Source of the DNA: a virus
Taxonomy: Duplodnaviria; Caudoviricetes
IMG/VR virus record: IMGVR_UViG_3300032334_001433
Location: 32,001 to 96,000 of that record
Length of the DNA stretch: 64,000 bases
Strand: one strand, 5' to 3'
Shown here: positions 37,972 to 47,867 of the stretch, one piece after another
How the letters are laid out: every line of letters begins with the position of its first letter
Numbering within the stretch: position 1 is the stretch's first letter
Notes under the pieces: generated by a model
What the model was told of the DNA's origin: nothing
The model's database searches: none
Seen by the model: only the letters and a program-made list of their open reading frames with translations
Made by a program: the position numbers and the translations under genes

Positions 37972-38579
37972 CAATGGATGAATTTTCAGTTTATAAAATG
38001 TATATTGCATTGAAGTTACATTTTACAACAGACAAATATGATGTAGTTAAACAACGGGGTAAGGTCAAAGCAAGCCGACAAGCTTTCGCAAAAAGAACTG
38101 ATCTTTTCTCTATTAGAAAAATTTCCAAAACTTATTCCGACGAAGAAGTTGCTAATTTTTTAGTCGCAAATTTTGTTTCTGGCGATCGCTGGGGAGGGAT
38201 GTTTGATATTGATGCAGGCGAAAGATATCAACTTTGGAAAAAGAAAATTGAAAGTTTATCTTATAATTTTTCTCAAGACTTAGATGCACTTATTGCAGAA
38301 ATGAAAGATAAAAATTTAAGTTTATCGGAAATCTTTAATGTGCAATCGGGACAACACCCATATATAATTAAAGCGTTTTTAAGAAAAACAATTAGCATTG
38401 AGACCTTGGTTATATTGGAAAAGCTTAACAAGTACGTGGAAGTTTTTGATAAAGAAATAACTGACACTATAGTTTGGCCCGATATATCTAGATTGATTAA
38501 AAAGTATAAACCATTTTTATCTATAGATACGGAAAAATTTAATGGAATCTTTAGACAACGAATTAGAAACGCAGGGTAG
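37968..38579 (+). CDS. 59: Helicase loader gp59
   Basis: YKMYIALKLHFTTDKYD, FLVANF, HPYII...ISIETLVIL. Confidence 0.9.
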   Translation: MTMDEFSVYKMYIALKLHFTTDKYDVVKQRGKVKASRQAFAKRTDLFSIRKISKTYSDEEVANFLVANFVSGDRWGGMFDIDAGERYQLWKKKIESLSYNFSQDLDALIAEMKDKNLSLSEIFNVQSGQHPYIIKAFLRKTISIETLVILEKLNKYVEVFDKEITDTIVWPDISRLIKKYKPFLSIDTEKFNGIFRQRIRNAG

Positions 38580-38966
38580 GTTTAAAAAACTAGAGGAAGA
38601 TCTTGTTAGAATGCAAGAACTACTAGCTTACCAACAAGAAGCGATAAAGGATACGCAACGATATTTAATTAAAGTTGCGCACGGTCAACAGGAACTTAGC
38701 AAGCGTTTGCTTGCTTGGCCGTATATCAAAGTTCCGACAAAAAAGACGAAAGATGTTTAATATTTTTATTTTGCAAAATGGACAATTACAGGAAAAAAGA
38801 TAATTACGAGCGTGAAAAGAAGATTCGCCGGGTAGAAAAGGGCAGTCACAAACTTGACAAGCATCGAAAGATTATATATAATATGACACCATCGAGTAAA
38901 GACGATGATGTATTTGATGAATATCTAGATTATGCATACGAAAATCAAAAAATTAAACGACGTTAA
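38542..38966 (+). CDS. Two small hypothetical proteins (38542-38760, 38778-38966)
   Basis: Located between 59 and 32 as in many T4-like phages. Confidence 0.65.
38854..38882 (+). promoter_or_regulatory. sigma70-type promoter for gene 32
   Basis: TTGACA-17-TATAAT inside the upstream ORF. Confidence 0.75.
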
Positions 38967-39005
38967 TACTACGCACATACTACGCCAATACGAAAGGAAA
39001 TTATC

Positions 39006-39929
39006 ATGGCATTCACATCACTAGCAGATCTACGCAAATCTCGCGGCGGCTTCGATTCTTTAATGAAAGAAGTTGAAAAGATTGCAAATCCCCAATCAGA
39101 ATCTAACAGCAAAAACGACGACCGCTACTGGCAACCAGAAGTTGACAAAGCAGGTAATGGTTATGCTGTTATCCGATTCTTAGCGCCACCAAAAGGCGAA
39201 GAACTTCCATGGGTTCGCATTTGGAATCATGGTTTTCAGGGACCTACTGGAAAATGGTATATTGAGAATTCTTTAACAACTCTTGGTAAACAAGATCCTG
39301 TTTCAGAACTTAATACTGAACTATGGAATTCCGGTTCAGAAGCAAATAAAGAAGTTGCTCGAAAACAAAAACGTAAACTAACTTATATCACAAACATTCT
39401 TGTTGTTCAGGATACTAAACATCCAGAGAATGAGGGTAAAGTATTCTTGTATAAGTTTGGTAAGAAAATCTTTGATAAGATTAAAGACGTTGCAGAGCCA
39501 CAATTTGAGGACGAAAAACCACTTAACCCGTTTGATTTCTGGGAAGGTGCAAACTTCAAGTTGAAGATTCGCAATGTAGAAGGATATCGCAATTATGACA
39601 AATCAGAATTCGATACTCCAAGTCCAGTTTCTAATGATGATTCCATCATCGAGGCAATTTGGTCCAAACAACATTCATTGACAGCGTTCTTGGAACCTAA
39701 GAACTTTAAATCATATGATGAGTTGAAAAAGAAACTTACTATGGTTCTTTCTAATGGTGCACCTCCGGTTAAACCTGCAGAAAGTGTTGATTTAGATGAA
39801 GACGCATCATTCACACGACCAGCAGCTCAAGTTACTCGGACACCAGCACCTACTCCTAAACAGGATGTAAATTTTGACGATGACGACGAGTCTTTGTCAT
39901 ATTTCTCAAAGTTGGCGAGTGACGACTAA
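39006..39929 (+). CDS. 32: ssDNA-binding protein gp32
   Basis: GNGYAVIRFL, HGFQGPTGKWYIENSLTT, PFDFWEGANFKLKIR, acidic tail. Confidence 0.97.
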   Translation: MAFTSLADLRKSRGGFDSLMKEVEKIANPQSESNSKNDDRYWQPEVDKAGNGYAVIRFLAPPKGEELPWVRIWNHGFQGPTGKWYIENSLTTLGKQDPVSELNTELWNSGSEANKEVARKQKRKLTYITNILVVQDTKHPENEGKVFLYKFGKKIFDKIKDVAEPQFEDEKPLNPFDFWEGANFKLKIRNVEGYRNYDKSEFDTPSPVSNDDSIIEAIWSKQHSLTAFLEPKNFKSYDELKKKLTMVLSNGAPPVKPAESVDLDEDASFTRPAAQVTRTPAPTPKQDVNFDDDDESLSYFSKLASDD

Positions 39930-39942
39930 TAAAGGAAATAAA

Positions 39943-40134
39943 ATGAGTTTAAAAGAAAATGTAATTATATTATTTGCATCTTTGGCTATGGCTCATTCTG
40001 GGGTTGCTTTTGCAGCGACTCCAGTTAAGAAAAACAATCTTGAAATTCGAAAGATTGAAAATAAGCATAAGAATGAAAAGAAGGTTAAAAAACCTAAACC
40101 AAAGGTTAAACGACCTTCAGAATTGAAGAAGTAA
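39943..40134 (+). CDS. Small basic protein with signal-like N-terminus
   Basis: AAGGA upstream; hydrophobic N-terminus, Lys-rich C-terminus. Confidence 0.6.
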   Translation: MSLKENVIILFASLAMAHSGVAFAATPVKKNNLEIRKIENKHKNEKKVKKPKPKVKRPSELKK

Positions 40135-40135
40135 A

Positions 40136-40163
40136 AGAAAAGCCCAGGAAACTGGGCTTTTTT
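40136..40163. terminator. Bidirectional rho-independent terminator
   Basis: A-tract AGCCCAG-GAAA-CTGGGCT T-tract between convergent blocks. Confidence 0.9.
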
Positions 40164-40168
40164 ATTGA

Positions 40169-41650
40169 TTATCTATCCGTATATGCTGCTCTTTTATCTT
40201 GCCATCTATTAAATGAACTATAACTAGAATGAGGGGTAGGAGAAGATCCTATAATTGTTTGTTCTGTATTGTTAACAACTTTATTAGATACGATAGGTGC
40301 AATTGTGTTTGTTTGTGTTGTTTGTGGACTTAGTTTTAAATCTGTATTTGTATCTGTTACGTTTTGTAGAACATTTTTTAACGCCGGTGATTCTTTTGGT
40401 GACACCATTTCTTTAGCTTGATCTGGCAATTTTAATGTCTTATTGCTTGGTGTTATTGTTTCAGATTTTTTTATTATATCTTTAAGTTTCTCTTCTCCGC
40501 CCCAATTTTTTATTTCTTCTTGGGTTCCCTTTTGTAGAATATATCTGGCTTCATCTGGATTAGGATCTTGTATAGCTTCAACTTTTGATTTATTTTCTTT
40601 TGGTGCTGCTTCAGTATTAGGTTTTCTATCTTCGTTGTCTCTGCTTTGTCTAATTATTGCTGCGGCCATACCAGTGTCATCACCTGCTCCTGAATTTGAC
40701 AACATATCAAGTTGTTCATTACTTGCATTTGATATTGCGTTGGTTGCGCCTGCAGCTAATGCAAGTCCACCTACTCCTACCGCAGCAGGTACTGCTACGC
40801 TTGAAAGTACACTTGCGGTTGCAGCCGCCTTGCCTGCTTTGCCGCCAGGAATTTCTGGTATATTAATACCTCCAGATAGAGAAGATAAAACATCGGATAA
40901 TTTATCTGCAATTGCTTCTGCTAATTTTTCTCTATCTTCGCTTTTTGCACTTTCATTATTTGGTTCAACTCCCTTTGATTTATCTGAAGGAGACACTATA
41001 TTTTCAGAAATAATTTTTTTAATGTTTATTGCTTCCTCAAGTATTTGTTTTTGTGTCTTATCATCTTTTAAATCTATAAGTACTTCAACCATGTCAGATA
41101 ACACTTTGTTTGTAGAGTCCGAGGAAACATGAGGAGGTGCAACTGCAGTTAATGGTGCAGAAATTTCTTTTGCTTGAATTTCCGGCATTGGCGTAGCAAT
41201 TTCTCTAGGCAGTTCTTTTGGAATATCTTGAACTGATTCTTCTCTAGGAACTATGTTGCCTATATCTCCTAATTTATTTTCCACAACTGGATTTTCATTT
41301 GGCGCCTGCAACATTGGTTCAATTTGTTGAGGTTCTTCTGTTTCCGAAGTTACTTTACTAATATTTTCAGGTAAAGAAGATTTTCCAAAACCAAGATATT
41401 GTGGTAGATCTTTTGTAAATGGTGAGGCAAATCCCTTACCAAAATCTTTTATATCTCCAATCAAAGTTCTTGAAGGTTTTTCAGAATCCTCTTGTTCTTT
41501 TTTAGATTTACCTGCACGTTTTTCTAATGTTTTAGTAAGCGAATCCAATGAGCTTTTTAGATCATTTATATCTTTATGCGCCATCCCATCCTTGCCGAAT
41601 AATTGAATTAATTCGGCTAAGGGATTTTCGGAATTGGATGTTTTATCCAT
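40169..41650 (-). CDS. Putative baseplate hub/tape-measure-related protein (gp29 position)
   Basis: Helical, low complexity, one hydrophobic stretch; downstream of 26/51. Confidence 0.45.
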   Translation of the reverse strand: MDKTSNSENPLAELIQLFGKDGMAHKDINDLKSSLDSLTKTLEKRAGKSKKEQEDSEKPSRTLIGDIKDFGKGFASPFTKDLPQYLGFGKSSLPENISKVTSETEEPQQIEPMLQAPNENPVVENKLGDIGNIVPREESVQDIPKELPREIATPMPEIQAKEISAPLTAVAPPHVSSDSTNKVLSDMVEVLIDLKDDKTQKQILEEAINIKKIISENIVSPSDKSKGVEPNNESAKSEDREKLAEAIADKLSDVLSSLSGGINIPEIPGGKAGKAAATASVLSSVAVPAAVGVGGLALAAGATNAISNASNEQLDMLSNSGAGDDTGMAAAIIRQSRDNEDRKPNTEAAPKENKSKVEAIQDPNPDEARYILQKGTQEEIKNWGGEEKLKDIIKKSETITPSNKTLKLPDQAKEMVSPKESPALKNVLQNVTDTNTDLKLSPQTTQTNTIAPIVSNKVVNNTEQTIIGSSPTPHSSYSSFNRWQDKRAAYTDR

Positions 41651-42237
41651 TATAGGGTAGGTCTTCTAACCACCGGTTTTATTGCTGAACTTTGTTGTGG
41701 TTGGGAGGTATCTCCAAATCCACCCGAGGATCCAAACGTAGACGCTCCAGTGCTTGGACTGCTACCAAAGCCGCCTGCGGTTGGTGTATCAAAACCGCCG
41801 GGGGAACCGAATCCTCCTGGCGAAGGCGCGCCAAATGCTGCTGGGCTGCTTGTTGGTGTACTGAATCCGCCATTAGTTAAACCTCCCTGTGTAGGTGTAG
41901 ATGGCGGTGGAACATACGTTGTCCCTGAACCGAGACCACCATTATTTGCGCCGTTTAATTTCTCTTGAGTTCTACCATGTGCAGCAATACCAAGTACAGC
42001 TCCCATCGCTACGTGAAATAATCCTGCGCCTTGTAGGGTTAATGGTTGCCATTGTACGTTAACTGATCCTTTACTTAATGATTGTAGTAAACTCCAAAAA
42101 ATAGGAGCAACTACAAAATCAAAAGTACATACAGCCATGTACATCCAACCCATCATTGGACGCCATTTACTGTTCATCCAATCTTCTTTTTTCTTTTCAC
42201 TGGCACTCATTTTATATTCTTTTTCTTCTTCGGCCAT
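41650..42237 (-). CDS. Holin-like membrane protein with G/S/F-rich tail
   Basis: WRPMMGWMYMAVC..DF, WQPLTL, LGIAAHGRTQEK. Confidence 0.6.
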   Translation of the reverse strand: MAEEEKEYKMSASEKKKEDWMNSKWRPMMGWMYMAVCTFDFVVAPIFWSLLQSLSKGSVNVQWQPLTLQGAGLFHVAMGAVLGIAAHGRTQEKLNGANNGGLGSGTTYVPPPSTPTQGGLTNGGFSTPTSSPAAFGAPSPGGFGSPGGFDTPTAGGFGSSPSTGASTFGSSGGFGDTSQPQQSSAIKPVVRRPTL

Positions 42238-42239
42238 TT

Positions 42240-42440
42240 TTAACCCTTTGCTGCTTTTTTAGCTTTTATTTTTTCATTTTCATCATTTATATAATTTACT
42301 AATAACGATACGTATATTTCTCTTTCCCATGGCAACATATTTTCTATTTCTGTTAATGAGTATTTATGGTGCTGCATTAACGAAAAATTTAACTGAAAAT
42401 AGTTTATAAGACTTTCATGAGAAAGAGTTAGACGAAAAAA
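42240..42440 (-). CDS. 51: Baseplate hub assembly protein gp51-like (not in ORF track; may be expressed by -1 frameshift)
   Basis: Manual translation ...SHESLINYFQLNFSLMQHHKYSLTEIENMLPWEREIYVSLL...; first in-frame ATG only at 42377. Confidence 0.85.
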   Translation of the reverse strand, partial: FFRLTLSHESLINYFQLNFSLMQHHKYSLTEIENMLPWEREIYVSLLVNYINDENEKIKAKKAAKG

Positions 42441-43120
42441 TTTTGGAGGCCCTCCAAATCTACAACATTCAAATGATTACATTGCGGACATTCTGCCTCA
42501 ATATGATGTACAAGTTTAGGAATGTTTCTAAAAAATTCTTCCAACAAATCAAATTGTTTCTTTGTAAATGAACTAACAAAATTATTTAATTCCTCCGGAG
42601 AATATGATTTTTTATCATAATAGTCCTCAGGAGTAAATACTGCGTCTATACAATTTGTAATTAATTCTACAATTTTTGCACTGTTTACATTATTATGTAT
42701 ATCTAACATTTCTTCAAATTTTGGATAACGTAAAACTACGCCAACAGTATCATTCAACATTATTTTATTGTCTACAGAATCTTTAGTAACTTTAAGATCC
42801 ATTATATTAATTGAATGATCTATTTTATTACCGCAAACACAATTCACAATTATATCTGCACTTTCACTTATAGATTTTGCTCTAATATTTAAGAACAAGT
42901 ATTCCACATCAAAGTGAGCAAGTTTATCAATATCTAATTTTTTAAACGTACAATTATCCACTAACTCTGTAACTATTCTAGAAATTTCTCCGACATCTGC
43001 TTCTACATTAGTTAAAAGTATTTTATATTCTTTAACTAAGAATGGTCTATATTTAACAGTTTTCCCCGTTGAAGGTAATGTCAATTCGTATAATGGTGTC
43101 TCTAATATTGGTAAAGCCAT
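42428..43120 (-). CDS. 26: Baseplate hub subunit gp26-like
   Basis: MALP...YELTLPSTGKTVKYRPFLVKE.KILL, FDVEYLFLNIRAKS, LEGLQNFF. Confidence 0.9.
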   Translation of the reverse strand: MALPILETPLYELTLPSTGKTVKYRPFLVKEYKILLTNVEADVGEISRIVTELVDNCTFKKLDIDKLAHFDVEYLFLNIRAKSISESADIIVNCVCGNKIDHSINIMDLKVTKDSVDNKIMLNDTVGVVLRYPKFEEMLDIHNNVNSAKIVELITNCIDAVFTPEDYYDKKSYSPEELNNFVSSFTKKQFDLLEEFFRNIPKLVHHIEAECPQCNHLNVVDLEGLQNFFV

Positions 43121-43136
43121 AATATATCCTTTATAA

Positions 43137-43763
43137 TTAAATTATTGTTCCAATGGCCTGCATAGGATCTGTTATTGTAGGTGTAGTTAATGTATCGTAA
43201 TTATAACTACTAGAAGTAGGCACCCATTTTCTATAACCAAAAGTTACAATTAATTTATGCGTTTGGTTTAGCGCGGCCATATTTAAATCCATCATATTAA
43301 TTGCTTTTGGAAAAGCATCTATTAGTTTTATAGTGTATGTTTCATTATCTTTATCATCTAATTGTTTTATAATAATGTCTGCAGTATTTTCTGGTCTATT
43401 ATTTTTAAATTGATACTGCGCATTAAATGAATTTGGATTTATGATACTAAATATCCATGCGTCAAAAAATGCTTTAGTTGCAAATTTAGTGTCAACATAA
43501 AAAGTCATACTAATTGCTTCGCCGCCATATTCTAAAGATACCGGTTTCTGATAAGCAGGTCCGTAAATTCGTTGACCTTTTGTTGTGACCGCAATACCAG
43601 GAAGATTTGATATTTCGCAAAATAAAGTAACCAATCTCCCGTCATCAGTAAATTTTTGCAATGCAGGTGGCGGATTTATTTGTACTTCAAATCTATTAAC
43701 CTTTGCAAGGCCTTTGGCTTTAACTGCACTAATAAAATTTGACAAGTTAAACTGAGATTTCAT
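43137..43763 (-). CDS. Tail tube/baseplate tube initiator (gp54/gp19-like)
   Basis: NRFEVQI, CEISNLPG, DAFPKAI, VTFGYRKW. Confidence 0.75.
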   Translation of the reverse strand: MKSQFNLSNFISAVKAKGLAKVNRFEVQINPPPALQKFTDDGRLVTLFCEISNLPGIAVTTKGQRIYGPAYQKPVSLEYGGEAISMTFYVDTKFATKAFFDAWIFSIINPNSFNAQYQFKNNRPENTADIIIKQLDDKDNETYTIKLIDAFPKAINMMDLNMAALNQTHKLIVTFGYRKWVPTSSSYNYDTLTTPTITDPMQAIGTII

Positions 43764-43771
43764 TTTAATCC

Positions 43772-44350
43772 TTAGTATAGATACTTTAATGCATCTTTTT
43801 GTGCTTCGCGCCAGACATTTGTTTTCTGTTCACCTACAAATTTTTCTACAGGCAGCTGCGAAGCGGTAATCCAATCATTATATTGAATTTTATAAAATCT
43901 AGATCTAATCTGAGAATTTAAATAATGTTTAACTGCAAACTTTGCAGGGCCAAGTCTAGATGTTGATTCCAACAATTTCCATGACAATCGTATTCTAGTA
44001 TCTCCGTTATTATTTACAGTATAGTCCGACAATAGTTGCAAAATTTTAAATCGCATCATATAGGGCAAGTAATGCAAATTAATACCATAGAATCCTCCAG
44101 GTACTTTTCTAAAAGGCAATACTAACGGTAATCTATCATAGTATGGTAATGTATCTTTGTGCTTAGGATCATAGTAAAATAGATACATTTCTCCAGGCAT
44201 TATACTTGTAACTAAAGGAGTGTCTTTTAACACCTCATTTACTGAAGTTATTTTACCAAGATTTGCAACTTGTTGCTTATACCATTGGTATGATTTTTCT
44301 TGACCCGCAGCATTAATTCTGATGGTTTCAAACGGATTCTTATTTACCAT
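43772..44350 (-). CDS. 2: DNA end protector gp2
   Basis: YDPKHKDTLPYYDRLPL, GINLHYLP, AVKHYL, LPVEKF. Confidence 0.9.
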   Translation of the reverse strand: MVNKNPFETIRINAAGQEKSYQWYKQQVANLGKITSVNEVLKDTPLVTSIMPGEMYLFYYDPKHKDTLPYYDRLPLVLPFRKVPGGFYGINLHYLPYMMRFKILQLLSDYTVNNNGDTRIRLSWKLLESTSRLGPAKFAVKHYLNSQIRSRFYKIQYNDWITASQLPVEKFVGEQKTNVWREAQKDALKYLY

Positions 44351-44800
44351 TTAATTCTTTATTCCTAAATCTTTTTCGGTTAGAATAATAAATTTCATAC
44401 TGCGATCCTTACAAAATTCAAACGCTGCTTTCCATTTTGCGTCATTTACTCCATATTGAAAAACCTCATCTATAAATCTTTTGGTTTTTCTTTCAGGGAT
44501 TGCCGGTGGTTTCGTAAATCTTTCCGGTTTTATCTCAACTAAATATTTTTCAATTCCATTTGAATTTGTTTTCACTTTTATATAAAAATCAACAAAATAT
44601 CTATGGACTTTATTGTCAATCGGAGAAATATAAGGTACAACGACTGTTTCCGACCCCCATTCTACGACAGATACGTTTGAATCGCACCATTTCATGAATC
44701 TGAGTTCCCATAAGGACCGATACACAATATTAGTAATATCTCCCCTATACTTTGCAGCATTTGTCACTCGATACTTGCCCTTATAGGTTTTGGTGTACAT
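44351..44800 (-). CDS. 4: Head completion nuclease gp4
   Basis: YKGKY...YRSLWE..FM.WCD, HRYFVDF, EIKP, NDAKWKAA. Confidence 0.93.
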   Translation of the reverse strand: MYTKTYKGKYRVTNAAKYRGDITNIVYRSLWELRFMKWCDSNVSVVEWGSETVVVPYISPIDNKVHRYFVDFYIKVKTNSNGIEKYLVEIKPERFTKPPAIPERKTKRFIDEVFQYGVNDAKWKAAFEFCKDRSMKFIILTEKDLGIKN

Positions 44801-44806
44801 AACTTA

Positions 44807-44835
44807 TATAAATAATTAATAACTATATATTTATA
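44807..44835. promoter_or_regulatory. Divergent overlapping T4 late promoters
   Basis: TATAAATA at 44807 (+) and TATTTATA at 44828 (- strand consensus) between genes 4 and 48. Confidence 0.85.
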
Positions 44836-44843
44836 GGAAAAAA

Positions 44844-45917
44844 ATGGCACAAAACATTAGAGGGCAAGGAAAATATGATGTGGTAGGATACCATTATCCC
44901 GATGGCGTAGGGGTAAATCAAGACCTATTACATTATGTTCAATTTTTCATTGCTGTGCGCGGAAAATCAAAATTTAAGAAATCTGGCAGATATCAGACAA
45001 CTGGCGTAATATCTACTAATGATGCATATACTCGCAGAGATAATAGTAATACCGGCGCAAAAAATGCAGCTGCGGCGGCAGTAGGATTAGTAGTAGGGGG
45101 AGCAGTTGCTAGTTCAGTTAAAGGCCTCATTCCAAATACTGGAGGATCTGCGGCATTCAAGGCAGGTAAAGCACTTGCGGTAACTGCAGCTGTTGGTATC
45201 CCTGCAGGTATTGCAGGATACGAAGCCGCAAAATCTGCAATTTCTGGACTTGAGAATGATAATAAATCTAGATTAAAAAGCGTTATTACTTTAGCAATGC
45301 AGGAAAGACCTACTGTATCTTACGGAGTAAATTACCAAGATAAAGATATGGGAATACTTGGTGGATTTTTAACAGGCGATACCTCTATTTCCGATACAAT
45401 TGGTAGCAAAGCTGGCGGAGAAATTGCACAATCAATTGGTTTAGAATTTGCAAAAATTCCTTCGATTCTTCCTGGATTTGGAAACGCCTCTCTCGGTGAC
45501 ATTGTACAATTGGGAGCAAAAGTAAAAACTAATCCATTTAGAGAAGTATTTTTTGAAGGGGTTGATTATAGAAAGTTTAACTTTAGATATAAATTTATGC
45601 CAAAAAGCGAAAATGAATCTAAACAAGTTAAAGAAATAATACAGCTATTTAAAGAACATATGCACCCTGAATTATCAGATGGCGGATATTTTTATATCTA
45701 CCCTTCTGAATTTTCTATAGAATATATTTACAATGATAAAGTGAATGGATATTTTAATAAAATTGCAAATTGTGCATTAACTGATATGACTGTTGATTAT
45801 GGCGGAGAACAATTTTCCTCTTTTGATAACGGCGCGCCAACAGAAATAAATCTTACATTGAGTTTTAGAGAATTAGAATTAGTGACAAAAGATTCCATAA
45901 TAGCAGAGGGGTATTAA
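44844..45917 (+). CDS. 48: Baseplate tail tube cap gp48
   Basis: NPFRE..FEGVDYRKFNFRYKFMPKS..ES, YPSEF, CALTDMTVDY, LSFRELE. Confidence 0.88.
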   Translation: MAQNIRGQGKYDVVGYHYPDGVGVNQDLLHYVQFFIAVRGKSKFKKSGRYQTTGVISTNDAYTRRDNSNTGAKNAAAAAVGLVVGGAVASSVKGLIPNTGGSAAFKAGKALAVTAAVGIPAGIAGYEAAKSAISGLENDNKSRLKSVITLAMQERPTVSYGVNYQDKDMGILGGFLTGDTSISDTIGSKAGGEIAQSIGLEFAKIPSILPGFGNASLGDIVQLGAKVKTNPFREVFFEGVDYRKFNFRYKFMPKSENESKQVKEIIQLFKEHMHPELSDGGYFYIYPSEFSIEYIYNDKVNGYFNKIANCALTDMTVDYGGEQFSSFDNGAPTEINLTLSFRELELVTKDSIIAEGY

Positions 45918-46514
45918 ATGTTCTTTGAAAAATTCCCGTTGACTCAGTATACTTTAGATAATGGAAAAACTAGACAAACTATTCCCGACATATTACGAAG
46001 AATAACATTGTCAAATGAATTAGTAAAAAATGACGCATTTTTTGAGCAATATTCTATAAAGGATGGAGAAACTCCAGAGATTGTTGCAGATTACTGGTAT
46101 GGCGATTCCGAATTACATTGGGTTATACTTTTAACAAACAATATTATAGATCCTAGATTTGATTGGCATTTAAGTTACAATGATTTAATTAAATACTGTA
46201 ACGGAAAATACGGAGCAGCAAATATTAATAAATTGCACCACTATGTAAATATGGAAGGGTATGTTATTAACGGATACCGATCTATGCGAGAAGATTCTAC
46301 ATTTGCAAATCCGGGATCAATAGAATTAGAACAAACAAATCAAAATATACAGGTTAATTTAGTTTTGCAGAATTTTCCATCCGGAGCATTATACCCGGTA
46401 ACAAATTTTATGTATGAAGATGCGTTAAATGAGAAAAGAAGACAGATTAATATTTTAAAACCTGAAATTGTATCTTCTATAGATTCAAACTTTACTGAAT
46501 TAATTACTCAATGA
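45918..46514 (+). CDS. 53: Baseplate wedge gp53
   Basis: Y.IKDGETPE.VA..WYGDS.LHWVILL.N.I.DP, LHHY, NE.RRQI.ILKP. Confidence 0.92.
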   Translation: MFFEKFPLTQYTLDNGKTRQTIPDILRRITLSNELVKNDAFFEQYSIKDGETPEIVADYWYGDSELHWVILLTNNIIDPRFDWHLSYNDLIKYCNGKYGAANINKLHHYVNMEGYVINGYRSMREDSTFANPGSIELEQTNQNIQVNLVLQNFPSGALYPVTNFMYEDALNEKRRQINILKPEIVSSIDSNFTELITQ

Positions 46515-47866
46515 CACAGTCTGTACAGAATGCGATTCAATCGCCAGGTGAAGTATCTATAGATCAATTAATACTTGTATCTAACAACACATATATTTCT
46601 TTATTAGATTATTTGGTTGAATTAAATATTTTTGAAAGCATTTTTAACAATATTTTATCTGGCGATATTGTAATTTCTGATAGTAGGAATTTAATAAAAA
46701 GTATACCTATTATAGGAGATGAATATCTTATAGTAAATTTTACTACTCCGGGGTTTGATGCAAAGATACATAAAACTTTTAAAATAACTTCTGTAGAAGA
46801 TAGACAAATAATAAGAGATCAAAATACTCAACTATACACGTTAAAATTTATATCTCAAGAAGGAGTGATAGATTCCCTGTCTCCAATGTATAATGCTTTT
46901 TCTGGAGATATTAGTGCACTTGTAGAAAAAATATTTACAGAAAATATACAGACTGTTAGAAATTTAGTATTTGAAAATGGGAATGTATCTGGAGCAGTTA
47001 TTCCCGGATTAGATAAAACACCGGTTGTTATTTTTTCAGAAACAGAAAATAATGTTAAATTCGTTAGTCCTGGATGGACACCTTTTGATTGTATTAACTG
47101 GTTATCTAAAAAATCAATACCAAAATCTGGCAAATCATGTAATTTTTTATTCTGGGAAACAAACAAATCTTTCTATTTTGGTAGTATAGAGAAATTATTT
47201 GATTTGCAAAATACAATAGGCAATTATAAATACGCTGCCACAAGTGTTATGCGAGGAACTGATGATATATCCGAAAAAATGGGATTAATTCAGTCTGTTA
47301 ATATTGTTAACAGCTTTGACTATCTTTCAAATCTAGATAATGGATATTTTGCAAGTAAATTCATAGGTGTAGATTTAATACATAAGAAAAGAAATAATAC
47401 TTATTATGACCATGTAACAGAATTTAATAAGTATACTCACATAGTAAAATCAAATCCAAAACCAATATTTAATGAAAATACAGTAATACGTAATTTTGAT
47501 AGTCATGTAAGAGTATATCCAGTACATCCTGGAATACATAATTATATTGCTAGTAATTATTCCGAAAAAATGAATAATATTTACGGCAATCGTTTATCAA
47601 ATATGTTAGATTTAAATTCTTTAAAATTAGATATAACAATATATGGTAGAACAGATATCGAAGCAGGAAGAACAATATCAATAGATTTTCCAGATGTTTC
47701 TCCTGCAAGGGAACAAGATATAACGTCATCTCACTTAGATCAAAAATATTCTGGCAATTACTTAATAACTTCAATACATCACAAAATTAATATTGCAAAA
47801 CATATGATTACAATGGAAGTTATTAGAGATTCTCAACCCACAGAAATTAATTGGGATTATATTTAA
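46511..47866 (+). CDS. Baseplate hub/tail protein (gp27-like position)
   Basis: ELNIFESIF..LSG, FLFWET, YSGNYLITSIHH; between 53 and 5. Confidence 0.7.
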   Translation: MTQSVQNAIQSPGEVSIDQLILVSNNTYISLLDYLVELNIFESIFNNILSGDIVISDSRNLIKSIPIIGDEYLIVNFTTPGFDAKIHKTFKITSVEDRQIIRDQNTQLYTLKFISQEGVIDSLSPMYNAFSGDISALVEKIFTENIQTVRNLVFENGNVSGAVIPGLDKTPVVIFSETENNVKFVSPGWTPFDCINWLSKKSIPKSGKSCNFLFWETNKSFYFGSIEKLFDLQNTIGNYKYAATSVMRGTDDISEKMGLIQSVNIVNSFDYLSNLDNGYFASKFIGVDLIHKKRNNTYYDHVTEFNKYTHIVKSNPKPIFNENTVIRNFDSHVRVYPVHPGIHNYIASNYSEKMNNIYGNRLSNMLDLNSLKLDITIYGRTDIEAGRTISIDFPDVSPAREQDITSSHLDQKYSGNYLITSIHHKINIAKHMITMEVIRDSQPTEINWDYI

Positions 47867-47867
47867 T

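Noticed and set aside
40443-41132. 229-aa plus-strand ORF (and similar long antisense ORFs such as 18030-18533, 22020-22421, 54205-54609)
   Set aside because: They are shadows of well-supported genes on the opposite strand, with no RBS or motif and with composition typical of antisense frames.
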